A stretch of DNA of 64,000 nucleotides from Nannocystis bainbridge (GTDB lineage Bacteria > Myxococcota_A > Polyangia > Nannocystales > Nannocystaceae): positions 1,536,001 through 1,600,000 of the forward strand of contig NZ_JAQNDL010000001.1 of NCBI RefSeq assembly GCF_028368995.1, written 5' to 3'. The translations under genes were made by a program, and so were the position numbers. Below the pieces are notes generated by a model. That model had not been told where the DNA came from, made no database searches, and worked only from the letters and a program-made list of their open reading frames with translations. Positions 36,586 through 46,567 of this stretch are shown here, piece by piece; within the stretch, counting starts at the first letter, position 1; each line of letters starts with the position of its first letter.

Positions 36586-36852
36586 TCAGTCTCGCTCCGC
36601 CGGCCGGACCACCGCCGCGCCGTCGGGCCGCTGCCAGTCCGGCAGCTCCGTCCCCAGCGCCAGGCCCATCGCCCTCATGGCCTCGCGCAGCTCGGCCACC
36701 AGCGTCTTGCTCGACTCCTCGTGCTGCAGGAGGTCGTGCTCGCGCCACTGCACCAGCTCGCCGACGTAGGCGATGCCGAGCTTGTGGAGGACGTTCCAGG
36801 CGCGGACCGAGATCTCGAGCTCGTCGACCGGGTCGTTGAGGCGCTCATCCAT
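36586..36852 (-). CDS. Stand-alone RNA polymerase alpha-subunit C-terminal domain protein
   Basis: LNDPVDELEISVRAWNVLHKLGIAYVGELVQWREHDLL...ELREAMRAMGLALGTELPDW aligns by eye with RpoA CTD. Confidence 0.8.
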   Translation of the reverse strand: MDERLNDPVDELEISVRAWNVLHKLGIAYVGELVQWREHDLLQHEESSKTLVAELREAMRAMGLALGTELPDWQRPDGAAVVRPAERD

Positions 36853-36959
36853 CGCGCGAGTGTTCCGAGGCGCGGCCCGGCCTGTCAAGCGACGGCGGTC
36901 GCACGCCCCGCGGCGGCGCCGTGTGCATCCCCCGCGGACCGATCTACACTCTCCGCACC

Positions 36960-37976
36960 ATGACGACGACCATGCGAGCCTACGTGATGACGCGCTACGG
37001 CGGGCCGAGCTCGGCCGAGCTGCGGGAGATGCCGGTGCCCGCGCCCGGCCCGGGCGAGCTGCAGATCCGCGTCCACGCCGCGGGCCTCAACCCGGTCGAC
37101 TTCAAGATCCGCCAGGGCCAGCTCCGGGTCATTCGCCGCTACCCGCTGCCGATCGTGATGGGCAACGAGCTGGCCGGGGTCGTCAGCGCGTGCGGGGCCG
37201 GCGTGACCCGCTTCGCGCCCGGCGACCGCGTGTTCGCCCGCGTCGAAAAGGACACCATGGGCGCGTTCGCCGAGTACGCCTGCGTGCCCGAGGCGCTGGT
37301 CGCCGCGATGCCGGCGGGGCTCGACTTCGCGACCGCCGCGGCGGTGCCGCTGGCCGGGTTGACGGCGCTGCAGGGCCTGCGCGACGAGCTGCACGCGGGC
37401 CCCGGGCAGCGGCTGTTCATCCCCGGCGGCGCCGGCGGCGTCGGCACGTTCGCCCTGCAGCTCGCCAAGCAATTCGGCGCCCAGGTCGCGACCACGGCCT
37501 CGCCTCGCGGCGACGCGCTGGTCCGCCGGCTCGGCGCCGACGTGGTCGTCGATTACACCACCCAGCGCTTCGAGCAGGTGCTGGCCGACTACGACGGCGT
37601 CTACGACCTCGTCGGCGGCGACACGCTGGCGCGCTCGTTCGCCGTGGTCAAGCCCGGCAGCCTGGTGCTTTCGATCGCCGGCCCCCCGGAGCCGCAGACC
37701 GCCAGCAAGGACCTCGAACGCGCCGGCCTGGTGCCGCTGTTCTGGCTGACCAGCGTCGCCGCGCGCCTGCGGGCCCGCCTCCGCGGGGCCCGCTACCGCT
37801 ACCTCTTCATGCACCCGAGCGGCAGCGACCTCGCCGATCTGGCGCGCCGCATCGACGCCGGCACGCTCGAGGTGGTGATCGATCGGGTCGTCCCGTTCGC
37901 GCAGATCGCCGAGGCGTTCGCGCACCTCGAGTCCGGCCACGCCAAGGGCAAGATCGTCGTCCGCACCGTCGAGTGA
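36960..37976 (+). CDS. NADP-dependent oxidoreductase (MDR/quinone reductase family)
   Basis: VHAAGLNPVDFKIR, GAFAEY, GGAGGVG, GKIVV. Confidence 0.93.
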   Translation: MTTTMRAYVMTRYGGPSSAELREMPVPAPGPGELQIRVHAAGLNPVDFKIRQGQLRVIRRYPLPIVMGNELAGVVSACGAGVTRFAPGDRVFARVEKDTMGAFAEYACVPEALVAAMPAGLDFATAAAVPLAGLTALQGLRDELHAGPGQRLFIPGGAGGVGTFALQLAKQFGAQVATTASPRGDALVRRLGADVVVDYTTQRFEQVLADYDGVYDLVGGDTLARSFAVVKPGSLVLSIAGPPEPQTASKDLERAGLVPLFWLTSVAARLRARLRGARYRYLFMHPSGSDLADLARRIDAGTLEVVIDRVVPFAQIAEAFAHLESGHAKGKIVVRTVE

Positions 37977-37985
37977 GCGCGAGAC

Positions 37986-38024
37986 GACATGGCCTCTCGG
38001 ACAGGATGTCCGAAAGGCCATGTC
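37986..38024. repeat. TGTC-N6-GACA-type array between convergent genes
   Basis: gacatggc-ctctcg-gaca and ggatgtc-cgaaag-gccatgtc. Confidence 0.75.
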
Positions 38025-38057
38025 CTTCGCGGGCGCCCGGTCACCCGGACGCGGCGC

Positions 38058-39605
38058 TCACAGGTCGACCGTCAGCCCGCTCGGCACCGTCAGCGGGACC
38101 AGGTGCGAGAAGTCGGGCCCGGCGGGGTCGCTGAGCGCATTCATGAAGTGCACCAGGTAGTCGAGCGTCCCCGAGCCGGAGACGCTGACGGTGGCCATCA
38201 GCGGGTCGACGCCCTCGGCGATGATCGCCGTCCGGTTCTCGAGGAACTGCGAGTGCATCGCCACCTCGTCGACGCTGTCGGTGATGTCGTAGTCGAGCAG
38301 CGCGTCGTCGGGGTCGCGGTAGTGGCGGATGAATTCCTTGATGTCGTTGTAGTGGCTCTGCCGGCCCCAGGGCCCGGTATGCATCACGTTGCGCAAGGGC
38401 GCGGTGCGCCACGCGTACTTGTCGTCCGGGTCGCCGGAGATCCGCATGCGCCCGAAGTCGTCGAGCCCGCCCGGGCCGTCGCCGCCGGGGACCGTGCCGC
38501 CCGGGCCGAACTGCGGCGCCAGGGTCTTGTGAAATTCCTCGTCCGTGAACGCGTTGCCCGAGTGGCACGAGGTGCAGTTGCCGCGGTCGCTGTCGAGGAA
38601 ATGGCGGGCGCCGACCAGCTGGTTGTACGTGAGCGCGCTGTCGTCGCCCGGGACGAGCAGCCCGGTGGCAGGGTCGTAGCGGCCGACGAAGCGGTCCCAC
38701 GGGGTGTCGTTGGCGAAGAAGGTGCGGAACTCGTAGGCCGCGATCGCGTTGCCGGCGTAGGCGAAATGCATGTCCTCGAAGTCGACGCCGGGGTAGGCCG
38801 CCTCGAACATGTCGACGTAGTCCGGGATCGCACCCAGGCGATCCATCATCATGCCCCAGGCGCAGACGACGAAATTGAGCGGCGGATTGTCGAGCGCACA
38901 ATTGGTGGTGATGTCGTTCTCGTTGGGGTACCCGAGCATCTCCTGGTCCGTCACCTGCGGCATCATCGCCTGGCCGGCGGCGACCATCATGTCGGGGTCG
39001 AACGCGTCGTCCTGCCAGCTGAACGGAATGAACGGTCCGCCCAGCGGAATGACGTGGCCGGTGTTGTCGAGCGGGACCTTGTGGTCGACGGCCAGGCCGG
39101 TGGTCAGCTCGTGGAGGTTCCACAGCGGCTGGGTCGTGCGCCCGCCGACCACCGAGCCGACGCGGGACGGGCCGATGCCGACCCCACGGATGCCCCGATT
39201 CATCGTCAGGCTGTCGGTCGTGCCGAGCCGCGGGTGGTGGCAGGTCGAACACGACACGTCCATGTTGCCGCTCAAGATCTTGTCGTAGAACAGCGCCTCG
39301 CCGAGCTCCACCAGCTCGTCCGACGACGCCGGCGGCAGCGCGAGCGGCGTGATGCCGTTCTCCGCGATCAGCGTGCGGACCTGGTAGACGAGGTACCAGC
39401 GCGAGCCGAACGAGTTCAGCTCCCCGAGCTCCTCGGCCTCGCTCTCGGACTCCGACGCGGCGTCGCCGTCGTCGTCGTCGCGCAGGCCGAGCGGCTCGGC
39501 CAAGGGAGAATCGTCGCACGCGACCATGGGCATCATCGACAACCACAGAACCGCCCCGACACGATGCGCCCCGACACGATGCGCCACACTACGATGCTTC
39601 GACAT
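38058..39605 (-). CDS. Di-heme cytochrome c peroxidase / MauG family lipoprotein
   Basis: LGEALFYDKILSGNMDVSCSTCH, CTSCH, WRTAPLRNVMHTGPW; lipobox MVAC; GGAGG RBS. Confidence 0.9.
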   Translation of the reverse strand: MSKHRSVAHRVGAHRVGAVLWLSMMPMVACDDSPLAEPLGLRDDDDGDAASESESEAEELGELNSFGSRWYLVYQVRTLIAENGITPLALPPASSDELVELGEALFYDKILSGNMDVSCSTCHHPRLGTTDSLTMNRGIRGVGIGPSRVGSVVGGRTTQPLWNLHELTTGLAVDHKVPLDNTGHVIPLGGPFIPFSWQDDAFDPDMMVAAGQAMMPQVTDQEMLGYPNENDITTNCALDNPPLNFVVCAWGMMMDRLGAIPDYVDMFEAAYPGVDFEDMHFAYAGNAIAAYEFRTFFANDTPWDRFVGRYDPATGLLVPGDDSALTYNQLVGARHFLDSDRGNCTSCHSGNAFTDEEFHKTLAPQFGPGGTVPGGDGPGGLDDFGRMRISGDPDDKYAWRTAPLRNVMHTGPWGRQSHYNDIKEFIRHYRDPDDALLDYDITDSVDEVAMHSQFLENRTAIIAEGVDPLMATVSVSGSGTLDYLVHFMNALSDPAGPDFSHLVPLTVPSGLTVDL

Positions 39606-40024
39606 GATACCCTCCAGGCAGGAGAAATGACCCGGGAACGGCTCCGCAGAGCCCCCGTACGTCGAGGTTCTTGTTTGTCCGGCACTCTGCCGTTTCCCTA
39701 CGTCACATGCGTGTACCCCAGCTCTCGTCGCCGCGCGGGCACGTCGATCTCCCGCCCGTGCCACGAACCGTCGCACGAATGCCCCGCGGCCACTCCAAAA
39801 GCTGGATGATCATTTTGCACGAACGGTTGAGCTCGTCAAGGCGAGCGCCACGAATCATCATTTCTTTTTTGCCGAGTGTCCACAATGTACCCCTGTGGCC
39901 TTCACCCTCGCCCCACAGGCCTCGGGACGACCCGTAGCGCGAAGGCCCGCCGCCACGCGCCAGCGCTCACCGCCTCGCACCCGGTCGCCGCCGCGGCCAC
40001 CCGGGAATCGCCGATCCGCCGCAG

Positions 40025-40060
40025 TTTCACCGTTATTCTCACCGTTAGTTTCCCCGCAAT
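40025..40060. promoter_or_regulatory. Three 12-bp direct repeats in a long intergenic region (candidate operator)
   Basis: tttcaccgttat tctcaccgttag tttccccgcaat. Confidence 0.35.
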
Positions 40061-40393
40061 TCGGCCACACACCGCGGGCTTGGCGGCCTCCCCCCGCCCC
40101 TTTCGCTCGCAGATGCCTCCCGCGGCCCCCGGGTGAAGCCTCTGCGGTATCAGCCGTGATGCATGTCGCGTCCACTCGCCTTGACGCATGGTGGCAGGAT
40201 CCGCGGTCTGCGCAGCAGATATCGCGGACGAGACTGGATTTTCGCTGCACCCGCAGCTGGGGTCATTCACGCGCCCCCCGGGCGCGAGATCGATGAATCG
40301 CCGCGGCGATTCCATTGCAGCGTCAACGACCCCGGCCGGGGCGAGGTGCCGCGATTTCCATTGCAGGGCCAACGAATCGCGCGACCGGCCCGC

Positions 40394-41620
40394 TCACCGC
40401 GGGTCTGCCAGCCCCTCGGTGACGTAGAAGAAGCCGATGCACATCTCGTCGGCGGTGCCGTAGCCCCAGGAGGTCGTCATGGTCCGGCCGGTGGTGTCGT
40501 AGGTGCAGTCGATCTGCAGGGTGTCGCCGGCGCGCACGTGCAGCGGCCGCTCGTAGAACGCGAACTGCTGCCAGTGGAATCGATAGTCGTTCACCTGCGC
40601 CAGGCAGGTGTCGCCGCCGGGGCCGCGGGCGGTGACGCGCAATTGTCGGCCGAGGTCGTGCATGTGCGGCCACACGCCCCACAGCGTGAAGTCCTCGTGA
40701 AGCTCGCGCGTGTCCGACTCGACCACCGCCGGCCGGCCCGGCGGCAGCTCGAGGTAGGCGTCCTCGACCCGCTTGACGGACGCCTCGTGGGCCACGCTGG
40801 CCGCCAACTGCAGGTCGATCGCGGTCTGGTCGGAGCCGGCGCCGTGGACCTGGTTGTAGTGCATCTGCAGCACCGCCTGGCGCCCGGCCGCCATGCGCAG
40901 CCCCGTGCCCTCCGGCAGCCGCCCGCCGGGGTCGCCCGGGCCGGTGCCCACCAGCCAGCGCGACGGCACCAGCGGGTCGCCGAAGCAGGTGTACCCGGGG
41001 CCGGCGTCGGCGGCGTCGAGCGCGGCGGCCTCGGCCTCGTCCTCGGCCGCGTCGAGCGCGTAGAGCGTCAGGTGATGCACCATCGACCGCCGGCCGAGGC
41101 GCACCGCGAAGGCGACCACGAACGCGTCGTGGTCGAGCTGTGGGTCGAGGATGAAGCAGCGGTAGACATCGTCCTCGCCGGGGTCGGGCGTGTACGGCTC
41201 CGGCATCGCCAGGGTCAGGTCGACGCGGTCCAGCTGCCACGCGGGCGCGGGCGCGGGCTCCGGGGCCACGGCTGGGCCCGCGGGCGCCCCCGCCTGGGCC
41301 CACGCGTCCAGGGTGGCGAGGTCGTCGTCGGCCAGCCAGCGCGCGCCGGCGAAGGTGTTGCACGCGCCGCTGTTGTCGAGGTTGAACGGCGGCATGCTGC
41401 GCCCGGCCGTGACCTCCGCGATCGCCCCGGCGTGCGGCGCGACCTCCTCGTAGGTGGTGAGCGGAAACGGCCCGATCCCGCCCTGCTGGTGGCACTCCAC
41501 GCAATGGGCGGCGACGATCGGCGCGACGTCGCGGTGATACGTCGGCCCGCCGGCCGACAACCCGGTCGAGCATTGCACGAGCGCGGCGGACCCGACCGTG
41601 AGCGCCTGGAACAGCTGCAT
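40394..41620 (-). CDS. Copper type II (PHM/DBH-like) monooxygenase with an N-terminal c-type heme motif
   Basis: CVECH; YRCF; VHHLTLY; LQMHY; WPHMH; DEMC (CuH HH..H and CuM HxH..M ligands). Confidence 0.88.
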   Translation of the reverse strand: MQLFQALTVGSAALVQCSTGLSAGGPTYHRDVAPIVAAHCVECHQQGGIGPFPLTTYEEVAPHAGAIAEVTAGRSMPPFNLDNSGACNTFAGARWLADDDLATLDAWAQAGAPAGPAVAPEPAPAPAWQLDRVDLTLAMPEPYTPDPGEDDVYRCFILDPQLDHDAFVVAFAVRLGRRSMVHHLTLYALDAAEDEAEAAALDAADAGPGYTCFGDPLVPSRWLVGTGPGDPGGRLPEGTGLRMAAGRQAVLQMHYNQVHGAGSDQTAIDLQLAASVAHEASVKRVEDAYLELPPGRPAVVESDTRELHEDFTLWGVWPHMHDLGRQLRVTARGPGGDTCLAQVNDYRFHWQQFAFYERPLHVRAGDTLQIDCTYDTTGRTMTTSWGYGTADEMCIGFFYVTEGLADPR

Positions 41621-41898
41621 GCCCGCAAGCAAGCACGGACCGCCCGCGCCGCCCGATGCGACGCGCCAGGACGGGCCCACGTCGCCCACGAGCTCGCCGC
41701 GCCGATCGCCGCCGCGGCTGCGGGGCCGTCGCCGCGCCCGAATCATCGCACTCACGGCTGGCCGCCCGGCGCCGCGACTGCGGCCCGGCCGTCCGTGGCC
41801 GCCTGCCACGATTCCCCGCACCGCACGGCCTCCACCGGATCGACCGCCCGCCCGCTCCCACGATTCACGCCCGCGCCGCGTCGCGGGGCTTCATCGTG

Positions 41899-42246
41899 CT
41901 AGCCGCATCCCCACGCGATCTCGGCGCAGGTCAGCACGCGTCCGTCGCCCTCGGCCTCGCACACCCCGGCGTCCTCGCAGGCGGATGCGCCGTAGCTCGG
42001 ATCGGTCCCGGGCGGCACGCAGCCGCACGTCGCGTCCTCGTCGCACGCAGCAGGCAGCGGCACGCACGTCGAGCAGCGGTCCGAACCGCCGACGATGCAC
42101 AGCTGGGTGGCCGCATCGCAGTGACCGCCGTTGTCGCCGCAGGGGAACGAGCCGTCTTCCCCCGCGGTCACCGAATCCCCGCGGCCCTCCGGGCAGCCGA
42201 CCAGCAACAAACACACCAGCCCTCGCAAGCGAAGCTCGAACATCAT
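41899..42246 (-). CDS. Small Cys-rich lipoprotein
   Basis: Lipobox LLVGC followed by about 12 further Cys. Confidence 0.7.
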   Translation of the reverse strand: MMFELRLRGLVCLLLVGCPEGRGDSVTAGEDGSFPCGDNGGHCDAATQLCIVGGSDRCSTCVPLPAACDEDATCGCVPPGTDPSYGASACEDAGVCEAEGDGRVLTCAEIAWGCG

Positions 42247-42410
42247 GACAGCGACGATACCCACGAGCCCCCGCCGCGGCAATGCGCCGCCCCCGCGCCC
42301 CTGCCCGGGAGCCGAACCGGACCGGCGTTCGGTGCGGCCCGCCGACCCCGGAGACGCGGTCATGCCCTTTGTGCCACGCGGTAAAGACCCCTCACGCTCC
42401 CACGGCGCCG

Positions 42411-42446
42411 GACATGTCCCTGAGTACAGGACCCAAAGGACAGCCG
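42411..42446. repeat. TGTC-N6-GACA-type array (3 cores)
   Basis: gacatgtc-cctgag-tacaggac-ccaaag-gacagccg. Confidence 0.7.
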
Positions 42447-42474
42447 GTAACTCGCCAATTTAAAACAAGGGGAT

Positions 42475-43563
42475 TCACTGCCGGAGCGTGCGCAGGCAGT
42501 GCTGCAGCGCGTCGCGCAGCTTGGCGCGGACCACGACGCGGGACAGATCGACGCCGAGGTCGACGATCGTCTGGGCGATCGTCGGGTGGATGCCGGTGAG
42601 GATGCCCTGCGCGCCGAGCAGCGCGATCGCCTCGATCATCTTGATGAGGTGGCTGGCGGTGCCCGTGTCGACCACCTCGACGCCGGTGAGGTCGAGGATG
42701 GCGAAGCGGGCCCGCGTGCGCGTCACCGCCTGCAGCAGCCCGTCCATGATGTCGGCGGTGCGGGCCGTGTCGATGAGGCCGACGATCGGCATCGTCAGGA
42801 TCCCGTCCCACACCTCGATGATCGGCGTCGCCAGCTCGCGGATGACCGCCTGCTGGCGCTCGATGAGCTCGACCCGGCTGCGCGCGTCGAGCTCCGCCCG
42901 CTTCGTCTCGGTGATGTTGAGCGACACCCCGACCAGCCGCGCCCCGCTCGGGTTGTCCGCCACCGGGATGTAATGAGTGTCCCAGTAGAGCCCGTGCAGC
43001 TCGGCCGAGCGGGTGTGCGCCGGCTCGCCCGCGATCGCCCGCGCGATCAGCTCGCCGTTGCCCTGGGCCTTGTAGAGCTCGAAGATGTTCTTGCCGACCA
43101 GGAAATTGCGCGGCACCCCGGCCAGCTCGCTCGCCTTGCCGTCCTGGAACAGGAACTTACCGCGCTCGTCGACCGCCCACAGCGCGACCTCGAGGTTCTC
43201 CTTGATCGCCATCAGCATCGTCGAATCGAGCGCGGTCCGGGCCTGGGCCGCCTCGCGCGCGCTGACGTCGTGGCCGAACAGCCGCAGCCCGCCGCCGCGC
43301 AGCGCCTGCACCCACGCCTCGAGCGACCAGGCGGCGTCCGGCCGGCGGACCTGCCACACCTGGGGGCCCTCGCCGTCGCTCGCCAGCGTCGACCATTGCC
43401 CCTGGTCCAGCGGCAACACCTCGGCCAGCGGCCGGCCCACGGCGTCGTCCGCGGCTGTCCCGAAGACCAGCTCGGCCCGTCGGTTCCAGCCGGTCACCAC
43501 CAGCCCCGCGTCGACCTCGATCACCACCAGCGGCGCCCCATGCAGCTCGTTCCCTGCTTCCAC
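42475..43563 (-). CDS. PAS-PAS-STAS protein (RsbR-like anti-anti-sigma family)
   Basis: WNRRAELVFG (PAS); IRELATPIIEVWDGILTMPIVGLIDTAR, ILDLTGVEVVDT, LTGIHPTIAQTIV (RsbR STAS). Start uncertain (GTG 43563 or ATG 43731). Confidence 0.88.
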   Translation of the reverse strand: MEAGNELHGAPLVVIEVDAGLVVTGWNRRAELVFGTAADDAVGRPLAEVLPLDQGQWSTLASDGEGPQVWQVRRPDAAWSLEAWVQALRGGGLRLFGHDVSAREAAQARTALDSTMLMAIKENLEVALWAVDERGKFLFQDGKASELAGVPRNFLVGKNIFELYKAQGNGELIARAIAGEPAHTRSAELHGLYWDTHYIPVADNPSGARLVGVSLNITETKRAELDARSRVELIERQQAVIRELATPIIEVWDGILTMPIVGLIDTARTADIMDGLLQAVTRTRARFAILDLTGVEVVDTGTASHLIKMIEAIALLGAQGILTGIHPTIAQTIVDLGVDLSRVVVRAKLRDALQHCLRTLRQ

Positions 43564-43707
43564 CCGCGGTGGTGTATCCGAGACCGGCGCCGCCGTCTTC
43601 CTTCCCCATTCGCCAGCCTCGCGCCGCCACGCGGCCCAGGGCGCGCCCAGGGGCCACGCAGCCCCTGAAAAGCCGCCCTGCGCGTCTCGCAGGGCGCCGA
43701 TACGTCC

Positions 43708-44010
43708 TGTCTCCAGGGACACCTCGCGCATCGGCCCACGACGGGGAACACCCCACAGCTGCGACCCAGACACCCGGCGGCCCCGCTTGTGTCTCCAGGG
43801 ACAGGCCCGATGTCGCGTCCTGGCCCCGATCTGCGACCTCGGGGCCGAAACAATCGGCCTGTCTCGCAGGACATGTCGCAACAGACAGCTGGTTCCGCCG
43901 CCGCCCGGCTCTCGACCTGCCTCGAAGGACATCATGACATGTCCCGAAGACCATGTAACGAGGCAGCCCGCGACCCGCACGCGATCACCGCCTGTCCCGA
44001 AGGCCATGTC
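43708..44010. repeat. Dense cluster of about 7 TGTC-N6-GACA-type units
   Basis: Exact units start at 43708, 43790, 43860, 43874; near-matches at 43918, 43940, 43993. Confidence 0.88.
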
Positions 44011-44100
44011 CCTCGCCTCGCTTGACCGCCTCCGCTCACGCCGCCCGCCCCGGCCCGCCTGTGACCGGCGCCCGCCGGTCTGCTAGCCTGCGCCCGCCGC

Positions 44101-46179
44101 ATGGACTGGACCGCCGAACAGACCGCGATCCTCGCCCACCCGCTCGACGCCCACGCGCTCGTGCACGCCGCGCCCGGCGCCGGCAAGACCACCACGCTCG
44201 TCGGGCGCGTCGCCCGCGTCGCCGCCCAGGTCGAGCCCGAGCGCATGCGCGTCGTCATGTTCAACAAAGCCATCCAGGAGACCTTCACGGCCCGCCTCGA
44301 AGCGGCCGGCGTCGTCGGCGTCAAGGTCACCACCTTCGACGCGCTCGGCCTCGAGGTGCTCGGCCGCGCCGACCGTCGCGGCCTGCTCACGCGCCCGCTC
44401 GAGGTCGCGGCCTTCGGCACGATCGAGTGGGCCCGCGCGGTCCACCGCCGGTTCGCCCGCAAGATCGAGTCGGCCGACGACATCGCCGCCGCCGTCGGCT
44501 TCTGGAAGGCCCACCTCGTCACCCCCAACCGCGCCGCCTGCGAGGCCGCGCCAGAGCTCGTCGAGGCTTACCAGGCGCTCGAGGACCTGCGCACCCGCGG
44601 CGGCCAGGCGCTGCAGGTCGATTTCCCCGACATGGTCTACACCGCGGTCGCGGTGCTGCGCCGCTACCCGCGGCTGCTCGGGCCGATCGATCACCTGCTG
44701 GTCGACGAGTTCCAGGACGTGAACCCGGCCCGCGTCGAGCTGCTGCGCCTGCTCATGCACGAGCGCACCACCCTCATGGCCGTGGGCGACGCCGATCAAG
44801 CCATTTATGAGTTCTCGGGCGCGCACCCGCGGTTCTTCCGCGAGTTCGCCAGCACCTTCCCGCACCGCCCGACTCGCACCTATCCGCTGGCACACAGCTT
44901 CCGCTTCGGCGAGACCATCGCCGCCGCCGCGCGGGCCCTCATCGGCCACAACGACGGCCGCTACCCGATCGAGGTCGTCGGCCGCGGCGCCCACCCGGGC
45001 CGGCTCGAGCGCACCGACGACATCCCCGGCACGATCGAGCGCCAGCTCGCCGCGGGCCACCCGGCGCCCGAGCTCGCGGTCCTCTACCGCGGCCGCGTCC
45101 AGGCCACCAGCGTGCTCGCCGAGCTGGCCGCGCGCCGGATCGGCATGGTCACCGACGACCTCGATTACGTCCGCAAGGGCCGCGGCCCCGAGCTCGCGCT
45201 GGCCTACCTCCGCTTCGCCACCAGCGACGCGCCGGTCGGCTTCGACGACGCCTGGCTGGTCGCCTTCGCCCCCGACCGCTACATCCGCAAGGAGGCGTTC
45301 GCCAGCCAGATCCTGCGGCTCGGCAGCAAGGGCCTGCGCGTGGTGCTCGGCAACAAGAAGGCCGCCCGCGAGGTCGACCAGCCGCACGGCGCGATCGAGA
45401 CCATGAGCGCGCTGTCGGACCTGCTCGCGCGCATGGGAAAGTGCCGGACCGCCGGCGCCGCGCTCGACCTGCTGGTCGCCGAGACCGACATCGCCGGCCA
45501 GCTCGCCGGTCGCAAGCGCACCGAGGCCGAGCTCGAGCACGCCGTCGCCGGCTTCGAGGCCGTGCGCACCCTGCTCAAGGGCCTGAAGGTCGCCCCGGCC
45601 GAGGCCACGCGGGCGCTCGCCGAGCTCGACCCGCGCGCCGGCAAGCCGCGCGAGCAGTGCGTGTGGGTGTCGACGATCCACAAGGCCAAGGGCAAGGAGT
45701 GGCGCACCGTCCTGCTGCCGCGCCTGACCGAGGGCCTGTGCCCGGCCGACCGGCAGGACCAGGCCCTCGGCACCGTCGAATCGCCCGCCGGCGTCGACCA
45801 GAGCGACCCGCTCGAGCAGGAGCGGCGGATCTTCTACGTCGGCCTGACGCGCGCCAGCGAATGCGTGTACCTCGAGGTCACGCCGCAGGCCCCGAGCCGG
45901 TTCGTCGCCGAGCTCGGGCTCGCCAAGCCCGCGCTCGTCGCCCCGGCGAGCCGGCCCCGCGTGCGCAAGCCGGCCGCCGCCGCCACCAACACCCGCGCGT
46001 GGAAGCCGATCGAGGACGCCAAGCTGACGGCCACGCGTGACGCCGGCGAGGACCTCGACGAGCTCGCCGAGCAGCTCGGGCGCGGCCGCGAGGCCCTCGA
46101 CGCCCGGCTCGAGATCCTCGACGCCATCCGCCAGCGGACCGAGGCGAGGCGGCGCCGCTTCGAGGAGGAGGAGGAGTGA
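44101..46179 (+). CDS. UvrD/Rep/PcrA-family SF1 helicase
   Basis: APGAGKTT, VDEFQD, VGDADQAIYEF, SFRF, VLYR, STIHKAKGKEW, ERRIFYVGLTRA. Confidence 0.93.
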   Translation: MDWTAEQTAILAHPLDAHALVHAAPGAGKTTTLVGRVARVAAQVEPERMRVVMFNKAIQETFTARLEAAGVVGVKVTTFDALGLEVLGRADRRGLLTRPLEVAAFGTIEWARAVHRRFARKIESADDIAAAVGFWKAHLVTPNRAACEAAPELVEAYQALEDLRTRGGQALQVDFPDMVYTAVAVLRRYPRLLGPIDHLLVDEFQDVNPARVELLRLLMHERTTLMAVGDADQAIYEFSGAHPRFFREFASTFPHRPTRTYPLAHSFRFGETIAAAARALIGHNDGRYPIEVVGRGAHPGRLERTDDIPGTIERQLAAGHPAPELAVLYRGRVQATSVLAELAARRIGMVTDDLDYVRKGRGPELALAYLRFATSDAPVGFDDAWLVAFAPDRYIRKEAFASQILRLGSKGLRVVLGNKKAAREVDQPHGAIETMSALSDLLARMGKCRTAGAALDLLVAETDIAGQLAGRKRTEAELEHAVAGFEAVRTLLKGLKVAPAEATRALAELDPRAGKPREQCVWVSTIHKAKGKEWRTVLLPRLTEGLCPADRQDQALGTVESPAGVDQSDPLEQERRIFYVGLTRASECVYLEVTPQAPSRFVAELGLAKPALVAPASRPRVRKPAAAATNTRAWKPIEDAKLTATRDAGEDLDELAEQLGRGREALDARLEILDAIRQRTEARRRRFEEEEE

Positions 46180-46567
46180 TCCTCGCGCCCCGGGCCGAGC
46201 GCCTCGCCCGCTCGCAGCGACCCACGACCGCGAGTGACACCTGCTGCCACGCGCCGCCCTTCGCCACGCGCACCCGGACGCGGGTCGCCGGCGCGGCCGC
46301 GATCGTCGCTTTCGAGTCGCTGCATTTCGCAGTCACGCCGCCCAGCGTGTAGCTGCCCGGCGCCGCCCTCGGCGACCCGCGGATCACCGCACAAAGGCGC
46401 AGGACCGACCGCCACACCCGCCGCAGGACGGGCTGGCCGGCCGGGGGCGCTGTCGGCCGTTGCCAGGGTGATGGCCGGATGTCACAATACTGCGATCGTC
46501 GTTCGGCGCGGCCCTTCGCGGCGCGCGGCGGTCATCGAATGGCTATTGTCTTGAAGGAGGTGGTGCG

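Noticed and set aside
39553-39598. 15-bp tandem repeat (ccccgacacgatgcg)
   Set aside because: Encodes HRVGA repeats in the signal-peptide n-region; ordinary slippage.
43564-44007. N-terminal extension of the PAS-STAS ORF to 44007
   Set aside because: Not protein-like in composition and occupied by the palindrome cluster; treated as intergenic.
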